Shown in pieces: positions 38,724-53,100 of a stretch of DNA of 64,000 nucleotides. The first letter of the stretch is position 1. The number at the start of each line of letters is the position of its first letter. The notes below the pieces were generated by a model. The model had not been told where the DNA came from, ran no database searches, and worked only from the letters and a program-made list of their open reading frames with translations. The translations under genes were made by a program, and so were the position numbers. This DNA is from Octopus sinensis. Lineage: Eukaryota. Where the stretch lies: positions 102,486,001 through 102,550,000 of the forward strand of contig NC_043002.1 in NCBI RefSeq assembly GCF_006345805.1. The letters are read 5' to 3'.

Positions 38724-39320
38724 TCTGGCATACTTGTATTATAGACCTGTGAAGTGTTTTGTCATACACAAGGAAGAATCGCTGTCGTTAATTTGGTGAG
38801 GCATGTGCGTATGTCTGAGTTATTAAACAATGAAATTTGGTGTTTAAATGCGAGACCGCTCTCTCCACGCTGCAACGTATTACTTTATACTTTTTACGAG
38901 TTGTAGCCATAAACGCCAGCGCAATGATAATGTTTGTAGGTTTCAAAGTATTGTAATAGAAATATGTGAGCTAGTAGGACGATTGATGGAGTCCGCATCA
39001 GTGAAGAAAATCCTCCACGTGACCGTCTGGTCAAGCGATGTCTTGAGAAAGAACATCACTTGCGTATATATGCAGCATCGAACGATTTTGATTGCAAGGT
39101 TTTACTCAAGACGGAGAGATATTGCAAAGCAAATGTTCCCGTATTGTAACCATGGAGACAGCCTCTCTTAATATGTTTTTATCTTGATGGGAAGTGATAG
39201 CCGAGCGAAATGAGATATGAACTCAAAATTCGGAAGAGAGACTGCGAGGCTGTATACGTAACGGTCAAACGACTCTGCCGGATCGCCAACACATGCGTGC
39301 ATATGTACACACACACACAC

Positions 39321-39395
<75 letters not shown>

Positions 39396-39980
39396 CTCCG
39401 AGTAGTAGAAAATAAGACAGTCGAAATTGTCACCAGCTTCAGCTTTGCAGAAATCAAGACAAGAAGCAAAACAGACGGACAAAATATAAAGAACAAGAAA
39501 AGAAAGATCATGATTAATGTATCCAATCACGCTGACATTGGCCAGAGGATAGAATGACCGGAAGCAAAGAGAAACAGAAGTGACAGCCTACATAGGAGAA
39601 GAGAAAACAAGGCGAATCTCATCCAGTGTACGTGACCATGTTTGTTGGTATGTATGAAGTGAATGTGTGCGTGTGTTAGTGTCCGTGTGTGTATTGTGAA
39701 ACTATTATCTGTAGATGTATTCTTATTGAGAGTGTGTATGTTGGTCAGTGTATGTGAGAGTGTGATTCTGTTTTCAACGTATGTGTCATGTAGTTGTGTG
39801 AATATGTGTGATGCTATGTGTCGTATCGTTATGCGTGTAGTCGCACGTCACTCTACGTATGAGCTCCAGTGTGATATGCGTCATCTATATGTACTATGCG
39901 CATAAGTGAGTGTATAGTTCTTTGTGATGTCTTATACTTACATCCCACACACATACATACACCTAGATAAAAATAATAGT

Positions 39981-40049
<69 letters not shown>

Positions 40050-40064
40050 TAATAATAATAATAA

Positions 40065-40540
40065 TACCTCTGGGACTTTGATTTCCAGACAGACAAAGCG
40101 TTAGACAGACAAAGACCGAATATAGTAAGCTTTAGGAGGGACAAATAAGAGTGCCTAATAATCGACTTGGCAGTGCTAGGAGATCGACATTTCATCATGA
40201 AGGAAAGAGAAAAGGTTGATAAATATGGAGACCTGAGAATTGAGATTGCTAAGATGTGGCTTCTACGAGAGTCGAACAGAAAGGTTATCCCTATTGTCAT
40301 CGGAGCATTGCGTTCAATACCACCCAATCTGAAAAAAAAAAGACGTCTGCAAACCTTAAAGATATCCTATAATTTAGATGTATTGCAAAAGCCGGCATTA
40401 CTTCGAACTGCACCACACATATTGCCTCAAGTACTGTCTGACTAAGGTCCTTGTTGTGACTTGACGAACAGGACAAACCCCCGGTACATACAATATCTTC
40501 AGTAGACAACCTATCGATATTGTATATTGGGCGACGTCTA
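40065..40540 (+). mobile_element. R4/Dong-like LINE 3' end (RLE domain plus 3' UTR) within (AAT)n
   Basis: LWDFDFQTDKALDRQRPNIV..CLIIDLAVLGD..KEREKVDKYGDLRIEIAKMW..KVIPIVIGAL..LQKPALLRTA..VLSD*. AAT arrays lie on both sides. Confidence 0.9.
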
Positions 40541-40611
40541 TAATAATAATAATAATAACAACAACAACAAGAACAACAACAACAACAATAATAATAATAA
40601 TAATAATAATA

Positions 40612-40645
<34 letters not shown>

Positions 40646-40691
40646 TATGATAATAATAATAATGATAATAATAATAATAATTATGATAATA

Positions 40692-40764
<73 letters not shown>

Positions 40765-40770
40765 TAATAG
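40541..40770. repeat. (AAT)n/(AAC)n microsatellite
   Basis: Directly visible. Representative of many similar AAT, TA, CA, TCTA and TATG arrays across the window (e.g. 10175-10360, 14200-14430, 21095-21290, 49861-50141, 58500-58815, 59750-60085). Confidence 0.95.
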
Positions 40771-40895
40771 AAATAAACAGGAAAGTATTAGATAGCGGAA
40801 AAGAATGAATAGTATGGTACAGTAAGCTGCATGTTGTACGCCCGATATGCATGCAAGACTCCATCAGGTTCCAACAAAATATGTCATAAAGAGAA

Positions 40896-40961
<66 letters not shown>

Positions 40962-41604
40962 CATAGGATGCAATTTATAAACGATTAATGCAACACTACG
41001 CGCACTTCCACAAATTGCATGGTCCCAAGAATATGGATTGTGATATTCAATGTCACGCGATTTATGGAAACGCGCGTAGCGATGCAATAAATGTTTATAA
41101 ACTCCATCCTAGAATTGTTGCAATTATGATATTTTTTCATGCATTATATCGGTAAAACTGGCTCATCACAAGTCTTTAGACGGTGGTCTGCATAATCGAA
41201 CACCATTCATTCCAACATAACGTTTTGAATCCAAATACTGCAGGATTTGAATTCGCCTTTCAACCCTTTGTAGTAAATAATGAAAGTACCAGTTGAACAG
41301 TCGGGTCTATTTACACCGTACCCAGAAATTTCTGTTCTTGATTCAAGATTTGAAATCGATATTAGAAGGAAGAGAGAGAACGCAAGCTGGTCTGTACTTT
41401 TAACAAAACGGTAAATGTATTTTTGAGACGCATTATATATTATTTCTGTATTTTTTTTCTCCACAGATAATTACACAGGTTGAAATATAAGCACAGACGC
41501 ACAAAATAATAAACACTCACATTTAAACACATAAAAACATACTTGTATACATACATACATACATACACATACACACGCACACACACACGCGCACACATAT
41601 ATAA

Positions 41605-41650
<46 letters not shown>

Positions 41651-41667
41651 ATATATATATATTATAT

Positions 41668-41711
<44 letters not shown>

Positions 41712-41791
41712 ATATATATATATGTTATTAAACAATATAACATATATATAATATTCTAATATATGTAATATAATGACATATGTATATGTAT

Positions 41792-41875
<84 letters not shown>

Positions 41876-41888
41876 CATGCACGCACAA

Positions 41889-41953
<65 letters not shown>

Positions 41954-42077
41954 ATACATAATACACTCATACCTACATGCACACATACGTGTGGGTGTAG
42001 GAGGTAGTGTCTACGTATATTGTACGGCTGTGTGAGTATCAATGTATATGTGCACGTTATATTTTTACATATATATA

Positions 42078-42110
<33 letters not shown>

Positions 42111-43558
42111 CTTTGAATATTGAAACTCTGCATTTGTGTATATATTGAAAGTTGACTCTAGTCTACAGAGAAGGATTAGCTCTAGTACGGGAGGAACTGT
42201 CATGGCTGTCACAACTATTCTGTTTCTTATACAAAACCCAGTATTGTCTATCATGACACTCCGCTGTCTCTGATATTATTTGCCACCCGCTCGGGAATTT
42301 CGTCTTATATAACACACCTGTCTAGCTTCCTTTAATTGTGAGATACTGTCAGTTTATACGATAAAAACCATTCCATTGGGTTGATGTTACTTACAAACAC
42401 ACGAATATCTGTCATGAAATATTCACAATTATTTCTCTTGTATATTTTCAAAATACTTTGTGTTTGGAAAGGAGTTTTGTATGGAAAAATGTCAACTCCA
42501 ATTCATTATACAAACTTTATATTCATTCAATAATATATTATATAATTAAATGCCTAAATATAAGCAATTTCACAATGTTCACACGACAACCCCGTAAACT
42601 GGTCATTTCTACAAATCAAAAGTTGAGAAATTATTCAAAACGCGATAACTGAAATAATTGTGATAGTATTCACAGTGGCAGTCAGCAGTGGATAGGTTCA
42701 GCATAAAATTTGTATTGAAACCAAGAGAAGTTACTTGAATTACAATTAAGAACAAAAATAGAAAAACAAAAGAAAAACCTTCTATAGGAGTTTATATTCT
42801 GAAAACGACAGACGTAGGCAAACTCAAGTAACATCTTGGGATTAATATTTTTGAAGAAAGAAGAAAATTCCAATCCGTATGGACGTGGTGTTTCAAAGTC
42901 ATCTTCAGAAGGCAACGGTAATGTTTGTATGAAGGCGTATTTCCAGTCGCACATTGTCACAGATATCCGACAATATATATGTATATATATTAGAATAAGA
43001 AGTAGAAAACCCCTCGTATATTATTATATATTTGAAAAATGAATTGAAATTGTTTTTCTGATAGTTTTTCCCCCTCGACAACTAGATGCTTATAAAAGTT
43101 TGTTAACATATAAACATCTAATTATTAGTGTGTGTGCGCGTGCGCATATATGTATGTGTATCTCTCTCTTAGTTTCCTTGGGTCGGGCGATCTACTAATG
43201 CAAATCAGTCAAAGTGTTGCCTGAATTATCCGTAAAGCTGTAAGCCTTATAGCTCTGTTTAGAGTAGCTTTTCTTACGTACATCTCTTCGAAAGTAGCAA
43301 AAAAGCTTGAAACATCGACGTCTGTGATTCCTAATAGATGGCAACACTAACCAAACGGGAGTTTTTACACCTTTTTAGCATAAGATACATTGTTTTCTGA
43401 AAATTTCTGAAGTGTGTTTGCCCTTTAGCAGTTGACACATTTTAAAACTCATCTAATTCTGGATATAATTAAACACTGTTCAGCGATAAGAATTCGTTAT
43501 TATAAATACATTACATCCGCGCGCACGCACACACACACATATGTATATGTATATATAT

Positions 43559-43633
<75 letters not shown>

Positions 43634-43867
43634 TAATATATATACATATATATATTTGAAGGTTTGGAGATGATGTACTGGTATTATATATTAGAAGAAA
43701 TGAAGACTCCACTAGAATGGACGAAAGCGCTATTATATGATATATGATGTATAAAGACATGTAACATACTAATAAATATCTGTAAATATAAAACCATCCG
43801 GATTTCTGAGTACCTCATTTCTTCTAACACCCCCCCTCCCACATATATATATATATATATATATATA

Positions 43868-43921
<54 letters not shown>

Positions 43922-44590
43922 TCATACATATTTATATATATACATATGTTTCTGTGTGTGCGTATGTGTGTGTATGTGTGTGTGTACAATTATAGAATCG
44001 ATTTCCTGAGCTTTTTCCAAACATTTCCAGTCCACGGATTCTTTCGAACCGGGGTCGGTCACCATGGTCAGCCCTGTCTAGATTGAGTACATGTTAAATT
44101 TACTTCGCTAATTAAATAGGATACTGTAATTTGTACATAATTATAAACAGTAGACTTTCATTAAGTCTCTATGGTGCAAAGTACTAGTAAACTAACATGG
44201 CGATCGAGGGATATTCGCTGATTCGTGCTGATATTCGCTGATTTGTGCTGATTCCAAGAGATTCCAGATAATACCTTTACTGAATGGCGGTGTTTTTAAA
44301 TCTCAGCTTAGCCCGAAACTCTCAATTTCCAGATGAAATAGTTTTCGTGGCTTTAGTCAAAACGACAAAAAGTACGGACACAAACATACACTCACACACG
44401 CATAAACATATGCATACTTAAGCCCACACGCACAGAAGCACACTCATATGACTGCACACACATGCGCACACACGAGCTCACTGCATGGATGCATTTATAT
44501 CGTTGTATACATATATGTGTGTGCGTTTTTGTGTGCCTGTGTGCATATTTGTATGTGTAACCCCCTCTCACTTGCTCTCTCCCTATATGT

Positions 44591-44656
<66 letters not shown>

Positions 44657-44657
<1 letters not shown>

Positions 44658-45075
44658 CAGGAGTTGCTGTGTAGTAAATAGCTTGCTTACCAACCACATT
44701 GTTCCGGGTTCAGTCCCACTGTGTGGCACTTTGGACCAGTGTCTTCTGCTATAGCCTCGGGCCGACCAAAGCCTTGTGAGTGGATGTGGTAGACGGAAAC
44801 TAAAAGAAACCCGTCGTCTATATATATATATATAAATATATATACATATATGTATGTGTGTGTGTTTGTGTGTCTGTTTTTGGCTCCCCCACCATTGCTT
44901 GACAACCGACGTTGGTGTGTTTACGTCCCCATAACATAGCGGATCGGAAAAAGAGACCGATAGAATAATTACAAGGCTTACAATGAATAAATGTTGGGGT
45001 CGACATGTTCGACTAAAAAGACGGTGCTCCAGCATGGCCACAGTCAGATGACTGAAGCAAATGAAATAATAAAAG
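44657..45075 (+). mobile_element. SINE-A, full length, moderately diverged
   Basis: gcaggagttgctgtgtagtaa through ctccagcatggccacagtcagatgactgaagc. Confidence 0.88.
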
Positions 45076-47089
45076 AATATATATATACACACACCGGTGT
45101 CACTCCACGCCACACCATATCGGTGTGATTGAAAAAGTGACTTGTAAATTTTAATTTTTGTGAAGCATCATGCGATCGAAAGTGAATGAAACCAGATGTT
45201 ATACGTTATATTTTAATTGCATTAAATATTACGATTTTAATTAACTAAAAATATTGGAAATTAATTTTTGCAGTTAACCTTTTCACTATTATTCAACTGT
45301 AATATTCATACACATTCTCTCACATTGATTTAAATCCTACATAATTTTAGATATAATATAATATAATATAATATATTATGCAACATTGGTAATTTCCTAT
45401 TTTGTGCAACCGGTTTAGACGTACACTTTACGAGCCCAGCGTTGCATGAATCAAAGATAATTGCCGTTGAAATCCACAGACAATAACCACAACTAATGAT
45501 AACACCTGACGTTTAACAACATTAATTCTTCAGAGCTCGTGATTTATTCCATACTTGCATATTTTAGATTAAAAGTTGCATTAAAATAAATGTTTCTGGA
45601 TTGTTTTGCAATTTGATTTCTAGTTTTATGTCATAAATCTCTGCTATAATCCACATTTTAGTATTCCATCATTAATGGCGTGACAAAAGACGACAGATCT
45701 CCGTATCCAATAGATTTTCGCCATGCAAAATTCATGCTTTAAATTCCTATTAACACTATAACGGCCATTAACAGTCCAACCACATTAGAGCAACATATTC
45801 TACACAGAACTAATTTCTACACATTCTGACATCTCTGATGTTGCTCACTGTAAAATATCCCTGGCAAACACACTTTAAAGTGTCATCAATGGCTTTCAAT
45901 ATGTTCCTTTGATTCTGCTACTCTTGCGAGTTGATTTTCAAAACCTGCTCTGTTGTAGAAATGGAAGATAATAAGATTAATAATTCCCTGATAAATTAAT
46001 ATAATTCCCTTGAAAGCAATGAAATTCGAAAACGCTATACCATTTGAGAAATGCAATTATACCTGATTGAAAAATAATGGTATTATGATGGAAGAATTTG
46101 TGGTGATGTGTGATAGTAAAAGTCAGGAAAGAAAAGCAGCAGTCATATGGCTTGGAGGTCTGCTCTAGTGCACAGTTTTTAGGAGTTCGAATTTGCTCCG
46201 AGCGGTTCTGGTTTTCAATGTTAAACAAAACATTGTTAGAGGCTATAAATCTGAACTAAAAGAGGAATATACTTAGTTTCGTCATTCTAGTCCTGAAACC
46301 TGTTAAACCATTACACAAAAGGTAACGCAGCCGACGATTCACCGAGGAACTGATCATCGGTTGTAGTGCGACCGCTATATCAACAGGTTGACTTGCAAGA
46401 TCACAGAACAATTTTAATTGGTGCTTTTACAAAATGATTTTTTAAAAAAATCTAAAAATATGTATTTCCTTAACATGAAATTAAATAAAGCAAATTTTGC
46501 ACCTGTTTAAGGCTTTCCATAATTACTCTCTCGTTTACCTCCTCTCCACCTGTACTTTTTCCACCATTCATTCTGTCTCGCTGTGTTTTTATTGAGTTTC
46601 TTCACTCATCTTCTTTCACCAAGCCGAGTATGCGCACCCAACCTGCATCCTCATTGGCCCTCTCTCTCTTACTCCTCTCCCTCTCCTTCTCCCTCTATAC
46701 GATGATAGTGTTATTCTAGAAATCAACCAACAAACACGCCAGTATTTGTGTCAGGTCATGCGTTATAAAATTATTCATTTTCATTTATCTTTTAGAGATA
46801 TAGTAAGGCATTTTTTTGGTCTATAAGAATTAAATTATGGATTAATCCATTAAAATGTATAAGAACTTGAAAGTTATCATTCAAATCCTTATATTTCTTT
46901 TGGATCCTCTCCACCATTTCTATTTAAAATGTGAATGTCTTTAAAGAAATTTTCATGTACCAATTTACAACAGAATTATTCAAATATACATTATGCTCCA
47001 TAACATTCTAAAACCAAATCAGTGTATATATTTAGATTTGCACCTCGCTTCTGCACAATATTGCACAAAATACTGCCGGCATCAGTTGT

Positions 47090-47370
47090 TAGTCGCCCCA
47101 CGCTAACAGTTGCTGAAGCATGGAACAAACTGCTGGCATCAGTTGTCAGTTGTCGGAGCGCTGCATCCTTCAAAACTTCCATGCTTCCTGATATTCGCCA
47201 ACACTAAACCCGATTTTCTCCCCTCCTTACACACGCAAGCATGTATCTGACTCATACACTGTCCACTTTCCAGACATTTGTACATTACTGCATATTCTTT
47301 ATACGCACTACTGATAAGTTGTGGTGCACATGAGCAATGTATACAATAATTTCATTATTATATTATTATT
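47090..47370 (+). mobile_element. CR1/L2-group LINE 3' fragment
   Basis: TLTVAEAWNKLLASVVSCRSAASFKTSM resembles the CR1/L2 C-terminal RVxxxWNxLPxxVV..FK motif. A 3' UTR and a short (ATT)n tail follow. Confidence 0.7.
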
Positions 47371-47753
47371 ATTTTTAAAAAACAACCTTGATTTTTCGGA
47401 ACCTGATGGTCTTGGGCCTCTTATGATCCTTAACTTTTTACCCAAATGTAGTGGGAACTGTATTTCATTACGTTATTTGATACATTTACTGTTCATTTAA
47501 TGTCAATTTTTCTGCAGAAACGTTGAGCAAGGTGATCATCACTCGTTCGAAAAAAATTAGGAAACCGGGAAAATATTGAACTAACATGAATACGCACATT
47601 TGATATTGTTGTGTTGAAAATTGGCACACTATTGCAACTTTCCCCATGTGATTCCTTAATGCGCTTATTGTTTAGGTGATCTGTTTGTATGATAACATTC
47701 AAGATTTACTTGCAAATTTCTACAATCGACTGTCATTCATACTAGCACCAGAG

Positions 47754-48156
47754 GAAAGGCAGCGAGCTGGTAGAGACGTTAGCACGCCGGGCGAAATGCG
47801 TAGCCGTATTTCGTCTGCCGTTACGTTCTGAGTTCAAATTCCGCCGAGGTCGACTTTGCCTTTCATCCTTTCGGATCGATAAATTAAGTACCAGTTGCGC
47901 ACCGGGGTCGATGTAATCGACTTAATCCCTTTGTCCTTGTTTGTCCTCTCTGTGTTTAGCCCCTTCTCGGTAGTAAAAAAATAGGTATTTCGTCTGTCGT
48001 TACGTTCTGAGTTTAAATTCCGCTGAGGTCGACATTGTCGTTCATCCTTTCGGGGTCGATAAATAAAGTACCAGTTTCGCACTGGGGTCGATGTAATCAA
48101 CTTAATCACTTTGTTTGTCCCCTCTGTGTGCAGCCCCTTGTGGGCAATAAAGAAAA
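47754..48156 (+). mobile_element. SINE-B dimer (head, body, tail, body, tail) under one 16-bp TSD
   Basis: TSD catactag(c/t)accagag at 47738-47753 and 48157-48172 with one mismatch. The second unit starts at aggtatttcgtctg, about 47983. Confidence 0.9.
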
Positions 48157-48205
48157 ACATACTAGTACCAGAGATATTTGAAAAGTATTTGAAAAGTAAG
48201 TAGAA

Positions 48206-48610
48206 GGTGCAGGAGTGGCTGTGTGGTAAGTAGCTTGCTAACCAACCACATGGTTCCGGGTTCAGTCCCACTGCGTGCCATCTTGGGCAAGTGTCTTCTG
48301 CTATAGCCCCGGGCCGACCAATGCCTTGTGAGTGGATTTGGTAGACGGAAACTGAAAGAAGCCTGTTGTATATATGTATATACATATATATGTGTGTGTG
48401 TTTGTGTGTCTGTGTTTGTCCCCATAGCATTGCTTGACAACCGATGCTGGTGTGTTTACGTCCCCGTCACTTAGCGGTTCGGCAAAAGTGACCGATAGAA
48501 TAAGTACTGGGCTTACAAAGAATAAGTCCCGAGGTCGATTTGCTCGACCAATGGCGGTGCTCCAGCATGGCCACAGTCAAGTGACTGAAACAAGTAAAAG
48601 AGTAAAAGAG
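48206..48610 (+). mobile_element. SINE-A, full length
   Basis: ggtgcaggagtggctgtgtggtaag through gactgaaacaagtaaaagagtaaaagag. Confidence 0.93.
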
Positions 48611-48887
48611 AGAGAGAGAGTATTTTCATTTTACATCGTGCCTCAAACTATATTTCATCGAAGCAATGAAATATTGTAGTTAAAAATCTATTCTTCCAGG
48701 AACCATGCGACTCAGGTGGAAATTGCCAACTATGATGCGAGTAGTACAGATATTTCTTTGATTGCATTCGGTACCGAGAACCGCGTCTTGTATGGAGACA
48801 TTTTTTTGATTACGGCGTCTCGTTCAGGTTGTAGTATTTGTTACCCAGATTAGTGTTCAAATGCGTGTAGAAATATCTATCTATCTG

Positions 48888-48972
<85 letters not shown>

Positions 48973-48976
48973 ATAT

Positions 48977-49044
<68 letters not shown>

Positions 49045-49858
49045 AATTAATCTATCAATCTATCTATCTATTTATCTATCTACCTATCTATATATGTTTA
49101 TAAAAATATGTCTGTGTGTGTACATAGACAGAAGGGGCTTACAAATAAAAGATAGAGACTGAAAGATATACACATACCTATATGTATATGTCTATGGATG
49201 TGATGCATATTTATGTACGTATACATGTATGTATTTGTATATGAGTGTATCTGTATGTATATATACACGCGCGGATGTATTTATGCGTGTGTGTTTGTGT
49301 CTGTGAGTGTCACTGAACAACAAAATATATATAAAACACAATCTACCATTACAAATGATTTGCAGATTTTCTTTTCAATGCGAAATCTCCTGCTTTTCTT
49401 CTCCAACATCCCTCTATCTTTTATTCAAATCCAATATGATTCCAAAAACTCTTCCTTTACTGTAACTTTTGTAAAGCTCTAAAAACAGTTCCATAATGAA
49501 TCCAACGTTATTGATACATAGATTTCTCTCCGTTATTGATTGGTAAAATGCCAGCATTTACCGATCTATAGCAGCTGTGTTATTGAGAGGAAAGCATGTG
49601 CATGGTTTATATAAAGGAAACTACAGAATAATGACTCATGGAAACTTCTATAAGTAACCCCAGGTCAATGGAAAACTTGTATGGCTTTTGGGAATGTTCT
49701 AGTATGGAATAGAAATTTGTCAAAGGTTCAGGAGAATGTGATCGGCTACGTTGGCCAATGGTGTGATCAGCGTGGATTTCAACTGAAGCATTCAACGGTG
49801 GTAAATTCACTTACGCACACGGTGTTGAATTGATAAATGGGCCTGCAGAAAAATTATC

Positions 49859-49894
<36 letters not shown>

Positions 49895-49988
49895 ATTATT
49901 ATTATTATTATTATTATTGTTGTTACTGCTGTTGTTGTTGTTGGTGTTGTTGCTGTTATTCTTCTTCTTCTTCTTATTATTATTATTA

Positions 49989-50040
<52 letters not shown>

Positions 50041-50081
50041 CATTATTATTATCATTATCATCATCATCATCATCAGAACCA

Positions 50082-50141
<60 letters not shown>

Positions 50142-53100
50142 GTATGGTATTTACTGATTATTATTTCCATCAAGTATCTTTTATACGCAAAATAAATCTT
50201 CGTCCATATTGCTACACCCATTCAGGTCGATGAAAAAAAAGGTATGAAAATATAACGATGGGAGAATTAGGTACGTCATCGAATAAGTAGTAACTGGACA
50301 TGTTAAATCTTTGATGCGACGAAACCCTGTGTGAACAGAGTATTCCTTAAAAACATTATAATTAAGATGTATGTATTTAATCGGAAACATTTATTAGACA
50401 TAGTATAAGCATCTGCAACGCAGTGAAGGGCACAAAATGGTGGTCAACTCTAGGACTACACGTTTTTAAGATATTTGAGTTTCTTTCCAGGCAAGTTTCT
50501 AATCGGAAAGGAACTGTGGTGAGTTTTTAAGCAAACAAACCTACTTCACCTAAAAACAGACAAAAGGGAAATTAATATATTTTAACGGTCGAAGATTGTA
50601 AACACATCAGTAGTCTTCTGAATTTTATATCTGTTTTCCCATTTGGAGCATCTGCCAATCCATTTGTTGGGGAAGAAACAGATTTAAACGGTTTGCCTGT
50701 ACTTGTTATACTAACACTAAATGTGAGAAAAGTACACTACGCCGTGGTAGATTATGCGCAAATGATACATCAAAGCAGAAGCAGTGGCCGTTTGTGAGAC
50801 AGGATATACCACAGCTTATGTAGTCCTGCATGAAGAAATTGCTACGAATTTCATTTTTATCAGTACTATTATCAAGCGCTCCCATTTTCTACTGGTCAAC
50901 CTAAATCAATGTGGAAGATATTTGTACTCTACTGAGACGCACCCCAAAAGAACGATACAGTGCTTCGTCGATAAAGACAAGAATACATACATCCAACGTT
51001 CATTATAAACATATTAAGGAGTGAGTGTTTTTGGAGGTCCATGAGTCCTGGATCCAATGCCTATTGGAGATGAGCGTTTGGCATAATGGACATTACGGTA
51101 TTCTTATGTCATAGATATAGAAACAAACAAATGGATAGAAAAATGGATGGATGGATAGATAAAAAGATATCTACATACATACAGACATGCATACATAAAT
51201 ATGCAAGTCTGCCCATGTGAAAGTGATGCTGGCTGATCTGTTGACAATCGAAATGTCATCAGTGAAATCTCGAGAAAATGTCTCCCAATGTTGATCATCG
51301 TGGCGAAAGGTATACAGCTGCCTGCGGAGGAAAGGTAGTGAAGTTATTACCTGTATGTGATGTAAATAAATATCAAAGGAGTTTTTTGTCCACAGAAGTG
51401 AACAAGACAAAGAGGCGCAACTCTTCCATGGACTCATTTTGCGTCGTTCAGTTTAATGTTTTTAATTTCAAACTAAATATATGACCACACTTTTATCCTC
51501 CCGAGTAACATTGGAATTGTGGCACAGCACCAGTTGTTGATGAAGTTATAGAAATTTCTTCTGCTATTGTTCTTGTGCCTGTTATTGGGTTGTCTTTTAG
51601 TGTTAGATTCAGAATATTCTATCCCATTTTTCGGTTTATACATATGTATATAACTGATATTCTAAAAGTGTTGTTATATTGCGTTGCCGATGGCACCATG
51701 ATACTAATTCTCAAAATGTCACCGTCATATTCTGTAAGGTTTCATTTTTATCCTGAAGCGAAACTTGGTTTGGTGCAGTAACCAATTAGATAAAATTCTT
51801 CACCATTACGCTAATGTATTAGCAAATAGAATATTTCCCGAATATTCTTTCACCTTTACTTTTCTGGTTTGCAGTAATATCTTTAAACAGCATGTTAAAT
51901 TATGAATTCTAGTACACATGATATGCGAAGTAAATCAACAAACATTTGTACAATGGCGGATGATGAGTATTATACAGCAAGTGATATCTAACCAGATGTT
52001 CCACATATCATCCTTGGATACAACTAGAAACCTTATCGTTTATGTTCCCTGGAGTGATTCAACAACCATTATACTAACCCAAGTTTCCCGCCAGTGTTTC
52101 ATGTAACCCTGGCTTGCGTTCAGTGAAAACCGATCTGGATGTAGTGCTCCTTTCAAGGCCTGCTCCTCCTAATTCTCAGTATCCTTGAGACAACCTACAT
52201 TGTCTCCACAGCCAACCTAGTGGTCTTATACCTACTTGTGCCTGTGATGGTAGGCATGTTGCAACATTTGCCGAAGGGGTGACCTAAAAAGAAACCTGTA
52301 CACCCCGCATCTATGGATCATACATTGTCTACCATTTAACGCTTTGGCCTAAATCCGTCAATTCAGAATATATACTATTAAACGTTATACAATGAGAGAC
52401 AAAACGAAAGCGTCTTTAATAGAGGAATTTCAAAAGCAATTTTGTACCAAAAAGACTAAAGCAACCTGAATATACTACCCTAAAGAGCAGAATTTCCAGC
52501 CGTTGTTGAAAACGTTAACCGTTGTAGAAAATGGGAAAGCTTAGAACTGCACAACTCAGATATTATACTCCAGGTTCTATATTACTAGAAAGTGGAGAAT
52601 CCTTGAAAAAAAAACACACCGAAACATTAATATCGCTAGAAATGTAATTTTAAAATGCCTGGGAATTTTTAAGAAAGAAGTTATGCATTCTCTAATTGGC
52701 AAGACTTGCCGAAATGGTTTCTACACTCAGACATGATTAATTATTATGAACTGGCTTCAGAAATCGTGTGGCAAAACATATTCCAATGATACCTCATATT
52801 CAATTATACGGGGATTTATAATCACGGGGCTTATGGCAAATTGTTCAGAAATTATTTTAGAAGTGATCAGAGCAATGACATTTTTTTTCGTCGATATATC
52901 AAAGTCAATAAATAATTGCGCATAAAACTACTAAAAGAAAAGAAAGAAACTATCGTAATAACTCTGGAGAAAGGGATAATCAGAATGCAGAGCTTGAAAA
53001 CAGGGAAGAAAGAAATCATCTTGTGGAATTACAAAATCAACACCCAACAAAAATATAATGGAAAAATTTCTCCGACTTAATCCTGCTACAGGCTACTCAA

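Noticed and set aside
44203-44246. 20-bp tandem repeat gatattcgctgatt(c/t)gtgct, two copies
   Set aside because: Ordinary slippage duplication; no spacers, so not CRISPR-like.
52350-53050. Possible very old LINE RT remnant (FFFVDISKS-like peptide)
   Set aside because: Too many stops and frameshifts to support by eye; needs a profile search.
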